Virus record (IMG/VR): IMGVR_UViG_3300042291_001013
DNA from: a virus
Lineage: Duplodnaviria; Caudoviricetes
DNA: 64,000 nt
Strand: one strand, 5' to 3'
Shown: one piece after another, positions 9,687-18,049 of the stretch
Position numbering within the stretch: position 1 is the stretch's first letter
How the letters are laid out: every line of letters begins with the position of its first letter
Notes under the pieces: model-generated
Told to the model about the DNA's origin: nothing
The model's database searches: none
Seen by the model: only the letters and a program-made list of their open reading frames with translations
Translations under genes and position numbers: made by a program

Positions 9687-10006
9687 ACCCTAAAACTTTC
9701 CCCGCAGCCACATCGATCTCTCTCATTGGGATTTGAAAATTCAAAGCCTTCGTTAAGGCCTTGGCGCACATAATCTACTGTCATGTTTTGAAGATACACA
9801 TTGTCTTTTTGATTTACTAGCACAACAAACTCTGGCTGTGCATAATTGATAACATACTGTTCTGATGTGTATTCCTTGACATACTCTAACACATAAGCAA
9901 GTCCGGAGCAACCTGTGGTCTTAACCCCAAGACGAATGCCAGCGTAGTTCTTGGCTGTGACAAGTTTTTGTATTTTGTTTCGGGCAGTGTCAGTGAACGA
10001 GATCAT
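9683..10006 (-). CDS. iscA: A-type Fe-S carrier protein IscA/HesB
   Basis: TTGCSGLAY and RCGCGESF motifs. Confidence 0.95.
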   Translation of the reverse strand: MISFTDTARNKIQKLVTAKNYAGIRLGVKTTGCSGLAYVLEYVKEYTSEQYVINYAQPEFVVLVNQKDNVYLQNMTVDYVRQGLNEGFEFSNPNERDRCGCGESFRV

Positions 10007-10376
10007 GCTTTTTGCGATAGTCTTCTACCGCGGCCTTGATAGCGTCTTCTGCTAGGATTGAGCAATGTATCTTAACTGGCGGGAGGGCAAGCTCTTCAGC
10101 AATCTCTGAATTCTTAATCGCTCCCGCGGCGTCGAGCGACATTCCTTTAACCATTTCGGTGATGAGCGAGCTTGAAGCAATTGCTGAGCCGCAACCGTAA
10201 GTCTTAAATTTTGCGTCCGTAATAATGCCATTTTCTACTTTGATTTGTAGTTTCATTACGTCGCCGCAAGCAGGTGCGCCAACCATACCAGTACCAATAT
10301 CAGTATCACTCTTGTCAAAAGAGCCGACATTCCGGGGATTTTCATAGTGATCAATTACTTTGTCTGAGTATGCCAT
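9990..10376 (-). CDS. iscU: Fe-S cluster scaffold IscU
   Basis: MAYSDKVIDHYENPRNVG, GAPACGD, GCGSAIAS and LPPVKIHCS; all three Cys present. Confidence 0.96.
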   Translation of the reverse strand: MAYSDKVIDHYENPRNVGSFDKSDTDIGTGMVGAPACGDVMKLQIKVENGIITDAKFKTYGCGSAIASSSLITEMVKGMSLDAAGAIKNSEIAEELALPPVKIHCSILAEDAIKAAVEDYRKKHDLVH

Positions 10377-10377
10377 A

Positions 10378-10692
10378 TTAGATCCTTATCAGCACTTCTT
10401 GGTAAGCACCGTTGACCAGGATCCATTGCTTGCGATATGCAAAGCCGTCAATGTAAACTATGTCTGTGGGAGGTGCAGAGACCATTGGGGGTTGCTGTAC
10501 AACAACAGGTGGGCGAGTAATTGCATAAACCACTGCACCGCCGATCAAGGCAGGGCCAACCCAGCCCCAGCCGTTGCCGCCATGGCGGTGATGGTGATGT
10601 GGTGTGTGCAATGCGGAGCCGTGATATCCATTGGGTCCAGCAAATGCTGTGGTAGCGAAAAAAACTAGTACAAAAATTAACAGTTGTTTCAT
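10378..10692 (-). CDS. Secreted or membrane His/Gly/Pro-rich protein
   Basis: Signal peptide ending AFA, HHHHRH stretch, hydrophobic segment, Pro-rich tail; AGGAGG SD. Confidence 0.7.
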   Translation of the reverse strand: MKQLLIFVLVFFATTAFAGPNGYHGSALHTPHHHHRHGGNGWGWVGPALIGGAVVYAITRPPVVVQQPPMVSAPPTDIVYIDGFAYRKQWILVNGAYQEVLIRI

Positions 10693-10712
10693 ATCAGCCT
10701 CCTATGTAAAGC

Positions 10713-10741
10713 AGTATACAATATTTAACGTTTTAGGTCAA
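10713..10741 (-). promoter_or_regulatory. Sigma70 promoter TTGACC-17-TATACT for the Pro-rich protein/iscU/iscA operon
   Basis: -35 at 10736-10741, -10 at 10713-10718. Confidence 0.8.
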
Positions 10742-10761
10742 TCTTTTGTTGACCCGTTTGA

Positions 10762-11124
10762 TTAGATGTTGCGATCTTTTTTGGCCGCTGATTTGGCCGC
10801 AGCCGCCACAATGTCTTGAGCTTTGTTTACTGGCATTGGGACTGGTCCTTGTCCGGCACCTTTGAATTGGATCATCCCAGTATTGGGATCCAAGGGTTCT
10901 AAAATATTATTGAGTGGAGGTTGATTAATGATATCAGGCAAATTGTCAGCAGTGACGTTTATGTCCAGATCCTGTGCCAGTTTGATAAATGCGTCTTGGC
11001 TGATTTGTTTCTGTGCGCCGGTATCGGAGGCCCGCCCATCCAAGAAATTTACCAACCCCATCAGTGCATCTGGATCTGGAGTTGGCATAGGAGGGCCAAT
11101 ATCGGCTACCTCAAATATTTTCAT
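10762..11124 (-). CDS. Putative internal head or virion protein
   Basis: 120 aa; N-terminal MKIFE (I-x-E) motif. Confidence 0.6.
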   Translation of the reverse strand: MKIFEVADIGPPMPTPDPDALMGLVNFLDGRASDTGAQKQISQDAFIKLAQDLDINVTADNLPDIINQPPLNNILEPLDPNTGMIQFKGAGQGPVPMPVNKAQDIVAAAAKSAAKKDRNI

Positions 11125-12056
11125 TATCTCTTGGCGCGGCCCAAGGCAGCGGCTGCTGGTTCGGCACCAGGTTCAATTGGTTCGGCGGCCATTTCGTCAC
11201 CTGCGGCAGCCATGTCTGCTTCAGCACCACCCATGTCAGCACCGGCAGCGGCCATGTCAGCGCCAGCAGCCATGTCAGGTGCAACCATGCCAGCATCAGG
11301 TGGAGGTGCTGTGCCAGTTACCACGCCCAAGGCCGCGTCAAGCTGTTGCTTGGTACCTTGGAGATTTTGTAACAATCCTGTTAGTGCCGCAGTAGCGTCA
11401 GTGTTGAATTGGGTAGCTTGGTCAATACCAACTTGATTCTTGATTGAGTCAACCAAGGCTGGTAGTTCTTTAAACTGTAGTTCTGATACGTCTTCCAACA
11501 TGCCTTGCATTTTATCAACCATGTCTTGAGCAGCCAACACAACTTGAGCCTGTTGAATTTCGCTTTCGTTTAGTCTGCGCATTGCTCTACGCAAACGGCT
11601 TTCGGCCTGCATCATTGCGGCGCCGGCCACTAGCTTTTGTTCTTCAGGATTCAATGTTTGACCAGCTGAACTCTTTTTAAGTGCGGCAGCTAGTTTAGGA
11701 TCTTTTGCAACAGCGCCAGCCACAGCAGGCGTACCACCAGCCACAGCAGCCTGTGGAGTTGCAGGAGCGGCACCAGCAGGAGCAGTACCTGTAGGTGGAA
11801 TGCCAACTGCTTCTCTGAGCTTGCTGTGCAATGCCTGTTCCATCATGACCAATTGAAGATACTGTGGATTACGCTCGCTGGTATGGCGTGCGCTGGTAGC
11901 TCTATGCTCACCAAGAATGCCACGCACCTTGACCAACATTGCCTGCGTTTGGCGGGGTGTTAATTGGTCAAAGCGAATGCGGCCACCAAAGTAACTTTCA
12001 AATACTTTGGCAATTTGCTTACTTGGCGTTGGGGCCGATAGTTCTTGCAGTTTCAT
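11124..12056 (-). CDS. Putative prohead core/scaffold-like protein
   Basis: 310 aa; MKLQE start, LREA and LNESE motifs, coiled coil, acidic Ala/Pro-rich tail; TAAATA and GAGGA upstream. Confidence 0.6.
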   Translation of the reverse strand: MKLQELSAPTPSKQIAKVFESYFGGRIRFDQLTPRQTQAMLVKVRGILGEHRATSARHTSERNPQYLQLVMMEQALHSKLREAVGIPPTGTAPAGAAPATPQAAVAGGTPAVAGAVAKDPKLAAALKKSSAGQTLNPEEQKLVAGAAMMQAESRLRRAMRRLNESEIQQAQVVLAAQDMVDKMQGMLEDVSELQFKELPALVDSIKNQVGIDQATQFNTDATAALTGLLQNLQGTKQQLDAALGVVTGTAPPPDAGMVAPDMAAGADMAAAGADMGGAEADMAAAGDEMAAEPIEPGAEPAAAALGRAKR

Positions 12057-12504
12057 TATTGAATCCTCTAATTTGTATATATTTAGCTTGGTTTACACAT
12101 TTTTCAAGTTCGGTTGATACACTGTTGTATCGATCAATCTTGGTTTGTATTTTGGTATTTACTATCTCGTAAAATACCTCGTGTTTGCCACGCTCGCCCA
12201 TGCTTTTTCTTGTGTAAATGTCTGCCGCTAATGCTTGTTTTTTACGGTCTAAAATCAAGATCAAGTTGGCCAGGTTGTACTGTTGACAATTGTCGGCACT
12301 GCACCAAGCCAAGGCTGCTCGCTTGCTGACAAAATTGTGTATTACTCTATCCCATGTTCTAACCACATGATCAGTGGCAGTGCTTTCAATGTAGTATCTG
12401 CCAAAGGCAATCAAGTCGCCTTTGTCATCGGTAATGATGAGATTGTCAATATTTTTACGAAGTTCGCGCTCGGCGAAACGTTCAAATTTTTGATTTTGTG
12501 TCAT
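12019..12504 (-). CDS. Hypothetical protein
   Basis: 161-aa ORF in the late operon, ATGA-coupled to the upstream gene. Confidence 0.7.
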   Translation of the reverse strand: MTQNQKFERFAERELRKNIDNLIITDDKGDLIAFGRYYIESTATDHVVRTWDRVIHNFVSKRAALAWCSADNCQQYNLANLILILDRKKQALAADIYTRKSMGERGKHEVFYEIVNTKIQTKIDRYNSVSTELEKCVNQAKYIQIRGFNNETARTIGPNAK

Positions 12505-12764
12505 TTAAATACGTAGTGAGTAAGCAACCAGCCCACTGTTGCTGTCAAAGCACCAATTACGCCAATGCCCCAGTTGATCAGTTGATTGTTGCGTTGTTCA
12601 CTCATTCGATGCACCATGCCATGTACTATTTTGACATCTGATTTGATCTCATCAATACACAAAATCATGGAGTCTAATTGTAGTTCCAGCGCTCGGTAAC
12701 GTTCAGCACACAATTCAACGTGTGCTTCCAAACTTTTCTTTTCAATGTCAGTTGTGTCTACCAT
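12501..12764 (-). CDS. Coiled-coil protein with C-terminal transmembrane helix
   Basis: 87 aa; heptad pattern followed by WGIGVIGALTATVGWLL. Confidence 0.65.
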   Translation of the reverse strand: MVDTTDIEKKSLEAHVELCAERYRALELQLDSMILCIDEIKSDVKIVHGMVHRMSEQRNNQLINWGIGVIGALTATVGWLLTHYVFK

Positions 12765-12766
12765 GA

Positions 12767-13198
12767 TTACTCCAATATATTATTTATTGATTCAAACCAA
12801 ATATTTTGATCTGCGCCCGACACAACAATGGTTGGGGCAAGGCCAGACTGTTCATTGAGATTAACAATCATGGGCACACCATTGCAATCATTTTTGAGCC
12901 CAATAAAACTGTCTTTGTGTCCAGACTGCCCGAACACACTTTCACTTTCACTAATAAACTCAAATTGCCAAATACCGTCCGTGCAGGCTGGCTTTGTGAT
13001 GTCCATGGGCTGTGTGCGCAGGCCAAAGATCTGCATCAAGGTTTCCCAGTTGCGCTGTTGATTACGACTGTGATTCCAGTTTTCCTGGCTGCTCACAGCT
13101 TGACCAGCTTGGTCCTGAAACGGAATCTCACTGGGTCTAAAATGACCAGTGACACCAGTATAGGTACAATCAAATTTTGTTTTACATAAGATCTTCAT
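12767..13198 (-). CDS. Hypothetical protein
   Basis: 143 aa; TAAATA lies 7 nt before the ATG. Confidence 0.7.
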   Translation of the reverse strand: MKILCKTKFDCTYTGVTGHFRPSEIPFQDQAGQAVSSQENWNHSRNQQRNWETLMQIFGLRTQPMDITKPACTDGIWQFEFISESESVFGQSGHKDSFIGLKNDCNGVPMIVNLNEQSGLAPTIVVSGADQNIWFESINNILE

Positions 13199-13223
13199 CT
13201 ATGGATATTTAAGGCCAAAGGAA

Positions 13224-13250
13224 AACCCTGGAGTTTTTAATTCCAGGGTT
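13224..13250 (-). terminator. Rho-independent terminator
   Basis: AACCCTGGA/TCCAGGGTT inverted repeat followed by T residues on the minus strand, just downstream of the 135-aa gene. Confidence 0.75.
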
Positions 13251-13270
13251 AGCGTGGTTAACTAAACTGA

Positions 13271-13678
13271 TTACAGGTTAGTGAAGCTGGCTGTAGCAGA
13301 AACGTTGGCAGTTGGGATGCCAATGTTCAAACCACCAGTTGCGTTGGCTGTTTGAGCAGCCGCAACTAGAGTAGTTGTAGTGTACGCACCGCTTGGATAG
13401 ATAGCCAAGCTGATTGTACCAGCTGTAGCGCCGGCTTGGTAAAGTGCGATTGTGCCAAGTTGTTGAATCGAAGTCAACACGTTGTTCAAATAACCGTTTA
13501 CGTTACCAGCGTTGGTAAGTGCGGCGTTAGCTGTCAAAGTGAAGAAGTCAAGTTTTGGACCTTGAATTTGAACTGGACCTTGAGCGGCCACGTTGGCTGT
13601 GCCAGCGATGGAACCGTTTGCTACGTCGATTGCGAATGACGGTTGTGTAGTACCGTTTACTTTTGTGAAAATTGCCAT
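13271..13678 (-). CDS. Putative capsid decoration or small structural protein
   Basis: 135 aa, Ala/Thr/Gly-rich with biased codons; has its own TAAATA, AGGAG SD and terminator, suggesting high expression. Confidence 0.6.
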   Translation of the reverse strand: MAIFTKVNGTTQPSFAIDVANGSIAGTANVAAQGPVQIQGPKLDFFTLTANAALTNAGNVNGYLNNVLTSIQQLGTIALYQAGATAGTISLAIYPSGAYTTTTLVAAAQTANATGGLNIGIPTANVSATASFTNL

Positions 13679-13739
13679 GTTAAAGCTCCTTAATATATGA
13701 CCTTATCGGGTCTGCTTTTATTTAGTCAAAACGGAAAAA

Positions 13740-15641
13740 TCACGCCTGTTGAGGATTATTTTGAGCACGATTTTGTGCGGCAAATGCATTGGGATCAAAG
13801 CGATTTACTGCTTTGGCATAGCCTGCAGGGGTGGCCATGACCCAGCCTTCTTGTCCCGGATGCTCTGTGTCGGCTTGTTTCAACAGGTACATTTTAACAT
13901 CGTGCAACAGAATAAACGCGGTAAATGCTGCCGCAAGACCTTGTTGGTTAGATGTGGGACTTTGCAGGTATTCCACAATGTTGCGGAACTTGCTGGGAGT
14001 GACTTTTGTCTGTAGCCAGTCGCCAAACTCAGGCAATAGTGTAGCACCGTTTAGTGGAGTTCCCACTTTGGTATTGATAAAGTCCACGCACAACTTTGCT
14101 AGATCTGTGATCTTGTGTGCTCGTAGTTCAGCAGGATTGAACAAGGTGTTTATATTGTTGCCATCATTCTTGATAATAGCCTTGAGCTGTTTTTCTGCGT
14201 TGGTTTCAGTTTGTAATGCACGTGGGCTAGCTGGCTTTTCCAACATCAGGCCTGGTACTTGGTTAAAGCCTACTCCACTCAAGGGCTGTCGTGCTTCGCC
14301 AACATCTGCGTACATTGAGTGAATAGCAATGCCAATATTACTGTTGCCAATGCGTTGTCCCAACGCACTCTTTGCTGGAATCTTGTACTCTATAGTATTG
14401 GGCTTGAACACATAGTTGCCAGAAATCACAGGAGGTGTATCCATATACAACAAGTCGCCCTTGACATAGCCTCTAAAGCCCTGGGGCAAACTGGCTTCCA
14501 GCACAGGGAACAGTTGTGAATATAGATTGATCAGTTCAGTTCTGTCACCCGAACGTCGGCTCTGTATGTTGGCCATCATCTGTGGGCTAGTGGCAAGACC
14601 ATCATAGCCCTTGGCTTCAAAGCCGGATCCATCTGTGAGCACAAACTCACCTGTGGCGGGCTTGCGTCCAAATATCACAGCAGGCTTACCGTCCCATTTG
14701 GCTGTGACTGTACTGGGTTGTTGTGTGGAATGTTGCACAATTGCCAGCGCATCCTTGATGCCCTGTGTACCACGACGGAACACAAGATCTTCCAAGTGTT
14801 CAATGCCCTTGGCCCTGCCACCCACTCCTGCTTGTTCAGCTTCAACCAAGGCAACATAGCCGCGGTTTACAATACGGTCACGCAGTCGGGCCAGGAAGTT
14901 TGCATCACTTTCGGCCATGCCTGTTTGTGGTTCTTGTAGGCCTTCACGTTTGAGATATTCTCTAAAGTCTGCTAGCTTGGCATCACGGTCGGGGTCATTG
15001 GCCAGCGCCGCATAGATGCTTTCAACGTTTTGCAAATTGCTACGATCAGCACGTCCGCCCAGCAACCACTTTGCAGTCTGATCAGGATCCACGCTGACAA
15101 CTTCGTTGGTGGTGCGGCTTATAACGCCATTGGCACCAACTTTGAGTCCTAGTTGTTTGGCAATTGAACTCATGAGCACATTGCGGTTCATGCCTTTGTA
15201 GACAGAATTAGCGCCACCGCCATAGTAAAAAATACCCCACTCTACATTGGGGAAGAACATGAAATCAGTTTGTACATAGCCCTGATTGGGATCACCATTA
15301 ACAGGAGTTCTAAAATGCACTTCGCCAGCTTTCTTGACCCACTCACGTGGATCCAAGCCTTGGCTGGTCACATACTGTGTGAGCAAATTTGCCAGTTGTT
15401 CTTTTGTGACTTCGTTGGAGTCCACAGCAAGATCTAAATCGCCCGACGTGGGCTTTTTGCCTGTGCTACCCAACCAGCGGCCCGGAGTGTTGGTTAGTGA
15501 ATCAATTTCAGCTGAGAAGTTGATACCAGTCAGTGCTTCTAGCCACTGCACAGTTCCTGGGACGTCAGCCTGATTGATGCGCTGAGTCAGGGGTTGCCCC
15601 TGCTTGTCTTTGAATACGTTTCCGCCTTCTAGTAGTTTCAT
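13740..15641 (-). CDS. Fusion of a Pol-beta-type nucleotidyltransferase and a KxDG ligase-like domain
   Basis: LGSTGKKPTSGDLDL and QTDF in the N-terminal half; AKWDGKPAV, KGDLLY, EGWV and YAKAV in the C-terminal half. Confidence 0.65.
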   Translation of the reverse strand: MKLLEGGNVFKDKQGQPLTQRINQADVPGTVQWLEALTGINFSAEIDSLTNTPGRWLGSTGKKPTSGDLDLAVDSNEVTKEQLANLLTQYVTSQGLDPREWVKKAGEVHFRTPVNGDPNQGYVQTDFMFFPNVEWGIFYYGGGANSVYKGMNRNVLMSSIAKQLGLKVGANGVISRTTNEVVSVDPDQTAKWLLGGRADRSNLQNVESIYAALANDPDRDAKLADFREYLKREGLQEPQTGMAESDANFLARLRDRIVNRGYVALVEAEQAGVGGRAKGIEHLEDLVFRRGTQGIKDALAIVQHSTQQPSTVTAKWDGKPAVIFGRKPATGEFVLTDGSGFEAKGYDGLATSPQMMANIQSRRSGDRTELINLYSQLFPVLEASLPQGFRGYVKGDLLYMDTPPVISGNYVFKPNTIEYKIPAKSALGQRIGNSNIGIAIHSMYADVGEARQPLSGVGFNQVPGLMLEKPASPRALQTETNAEKQLKAIIKNDGNNINTLFNPAELRAHKITDLAKLCVDFINTKVGTPLNGATLLPEFGDWLQTKVTPSKFRNIVEYLQSPTSNQQGLAAAFTAFILLHDVKMYLLKQADTEHPGQEGWVMATPAGYAKAVNRFDPNAFAAQNRAQNNPQQA

Positions 15642-15646
15642 AATAA

Positions 15647-16414
15647 TTACTTGACCTCTACGCCTAGCATTTTTGCGGCTTCTTGGTGCTTAGGATTAGT
15701 TTTGTCAAATGGAGCATATGAGCCATTACCTAAATCAACTTCAAATGTAGGTGGCATTGAGCCACGTTTGACTCTAATGTCAATTTCACTTTGTGATCCA
15801 CGATCATAGGCCAAGGTATTTTGTGCTGGTGCAATGCCATCTTTAACCAATTCCACAAACGCAGAGTTAACTGCATTGGTGCCTGCACCATCCACAGTAG
15901 CTCTATAAATTGCTTCTATGTTTGTGTTTATGGCTGTGGTAATTTCTTGTGCGGCTTGTTTGGCCACAGGGTCGTCACCTACTGCACGACTTAAACTTTG
16001 ATAGCTAAAACTGCCACTACTCGGGCTAATCATGCGGTTGATCATTTGCACAAGATCATTTCTAAGACTGTCTACACTGGGGGTTGTAACGTCTTTTAGC
16101 GATGTTGGGGGATTGCCTGCAGAATCTTTGCTGTTGGCCAAAAAGGTCTGTACTGTCTGTGCCCAGGCTTTTTGTAGCTGTGGTACCAGGGCATCAACAA
16201 TGGACTGGCTGACTTTCATGCCGCCAACACGATCTGTTGGACTGCCTGCTCGATCACCCGGTGCCAGTTGCGGGGCAAACTTCTGTACAAATTGTTTGCC
16301 GGCCTGTTTGGCTATGCCGCCAGCCACAGATGCTATACCGCCAGCCACAGCTCCTAGTATTTCATTCACTGGCTCTTTGTTTGATGGTTTGCGGGTTATT
16401 TCATGTATCTGCAT
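15647..16414 (-). CDS. Putative internal head protein
   Basis: 255 aa; MQIHE...VNEI followed by a Gly/Ala-rich helix. Confidence 0.55.
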   Translation of the reverse strand: MQIHEITRKPSNKEPVNEILGAVAGGIASVAGGIAKQAGKQFVQKFAPQLAPGDRAGSPTDRVGGMKVSQSIVDALVPQLQKAWAQTVQTFLANSKDSAGNPPTSLKDVTTPSVDSLRNDLVQMINRMISPSSGSFSYQSLSRAVGDDPVAKQAAQEITTAINTNIEAIYRATVDGAGTNAVNSAFVELVKDGIAPAQNTLAYDRGSQSEIDIRVKRGSMPPTFEVDLGNGSYAPFDKTNPKHQEAAKMLGVEVK

Positions 16415-16649
16415 GGGTGCGTCTCACTGATCTGCTGAATTTGCCTGAATCTTTTGTGCGAATTGCATTGAGTAATTTGCGTGTTAAATTCTCTGCTTGA
16501 TCGGCAGGATACTCAGCTTCAATTTGTTCTACCAAACGTATAGCCGTCTCAATAATGTTACTGGCGCGATTCTCAATTAGCAAACGGCGATCACGTTCTA
16601 CGTACAACGTGTCCAGTTCTTCCAGTATGCTCCGTGTCTTTTTTTGCAT
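16401..16649 (-). CDS. Hypothetical helical protein
   Basis: 82 aa; TAAATA upstream. Confidence 0.7.
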   Translation of the reverse strand: MQKKTRSILEELDTLYVERDRRLLIENRASNIIETAIRLVEQIEAEYPADQAENLTRKLLNAIRTKDSGKFSRSVRRTHADT

Positions 16650-16732
16650 CTATTCAGGGGCCTTTGGATTATTTAGCAGGTTCAAGGTTCAAATAAATAT
16701 CTATAGTATCGCACAGCGACAAGGAAAACCCA

Positions 16733-18049
16733 ATGACCAGTCAGATCAACCCAAACAACATAGATGGCAGCTACCCAGTTGCTGGCCAGCCCAATAACAC
16801 ACAGGGCTTTAGAGACAATTTTACCAATATTAAACAGAATTTTCAATATGCAGAAACTGAAATTGATGATCTGCAAAACAAAGTTGTTCTAAAACAAGCC
16901 CTGGCCGGTGGTACTTTGAACAACAACATGAACGACAATCTCATGTATGCTGTAAAGTTCCAAGACGTTAGTTACACCTATGTGCAAAATGCCACTACTT
17001 CGGGCACTGTGCCCTTGGATTTTTCAGCTGGTCAATATCAATTTATTACCACAACAGGTCCTATCACTCTTTCCTTTGCTAACTGGCCAATTTCAGGATC
17101 AGCTGGACTTATTCAAATTGCTGTTAATATTACCAGTACTGCGCACACACTGACTTTGCCGTCAGCAGTGAGTCTAGGTACTGTGGGAGTACAAGGCTAC
17201 AGTAGTAATGTAATTACATTTGCTCAAACTGGTACCTATCAGTTTGCGTTTAGTTCTGTCAATGGCGGAACTACCATAACTGTGTACGATCTCAATAGAC
17301 CACTCAGCTACTACACCAACCCTGTGACCATTTCCAATACCGCAGACAGCACAGGAACATCGTCTGGTGCCCTGATTGTCAGTGGCGGCGTTGGTGTAGC
17401 CGGTAACTTGTACGTGGGCGGCAACATTGTGGGCAGTATTGTTGCAACCGGCAATACTTTTGCAGGCAACACCACTGTGGGCAATTTGCTCACAGCAGGA
17501 TTTGTCAGTGCCACAGGCAACATCACTGGCGGCAACATCAATACCGCGGGCTTGGTATCAGCTATTGGTAACATCACTGGCGGCAACTTAAATTCTGTTA
17601 GCCTAAGTCTAAGCGGTAACGTGATATCAGCTCTAAACGTAACTGGCAACATAACTGGTGGCAACATCATGAGTGTGGCCATTGTCAGTGCGGCTGGTAA
17701 CGTTACAGGTGGAAACTTGCGCACAGGCGGCTTGATCAGTGCAACTGGTACTGTTACCAGTGCATCAAATATCACTGGTGGCAACATCACCACAGCTGGT
17801 CAAGTCAGTGCCGCAGGTAATGCAATAATTCTTGCAGGCACAGCACCACCAGCTGGTGGCACTACTGGTGCTGGCTTGCGTATGTCCAGTACTAGCAATC
17901 TTGGTTTATTCTTTGGAGCCGGTACTCCCAGCCTTAGCGCCGCGCAAGGCAGTCTCTATATCAATACTACTGGAAGCAGTACATCAACTCGAATTTATAT
18001 TAACACCAACGGCTCTACTGGCTGGACGGCTGTGACTACTGCGACTTAA
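16733..18049 (+). CDS. Tail fibre or virion structural protein with GNITGGN repeats
   Basis: N-terminal DNFTNIKQNF..EIDDLQ coiled coil; about 17-aa GNITGGN repeats; ATAAATA and AAGGA upstream. Confidence 0.75.
   Translation: MTSQINPNNIDGSYPVAGQPNNTQGFRDNFTNIKQNFQYAETEIDDLQNKVVLKQALAGGTLNNNMNDNLMYAVKFQDVSYTYVQNATTSGTVPLDFSAGQYQFITTTGPITLSFANWPISGSAGLIQIAVNITSTAHTLTLPSAVSLGTVGVQGYSSNVITFAQTGTYQFAFSSVNGGTTITVYDLNRPLSYYTNPVTISNTADSTGTSSGALIVSGGVGVAGNLYVGGNIVGSIVATGNTFAGNTTVGNLLTAGFVSATGNITGGNINTAGLVSAIGNITGGNLNSVSLSLSGNVISALNVTGNITGGNIMSVAIVSAAGNVTGGNLRTGGLISATGTVTSASNITGGNITTAGQVSAAGNAIILAGTAPPAGGTTGAGLRMSSTSNLGLFFGAGTPSLSAAQGSLYINTTGSSTSTRIYINTNGSTGWTAVTTAT

Noticed and set aside
10921-11436. 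Ala-rich plus-strand ORFs
   Set aside because: Mirror of the low-complexity tail of the 310-aa minus-strand protein.
17311-17793. Repetitive MLPPV ORF on the minus strand
   Set aside because: Antisense reading of the GNITGGN repeats in the fibre gene.
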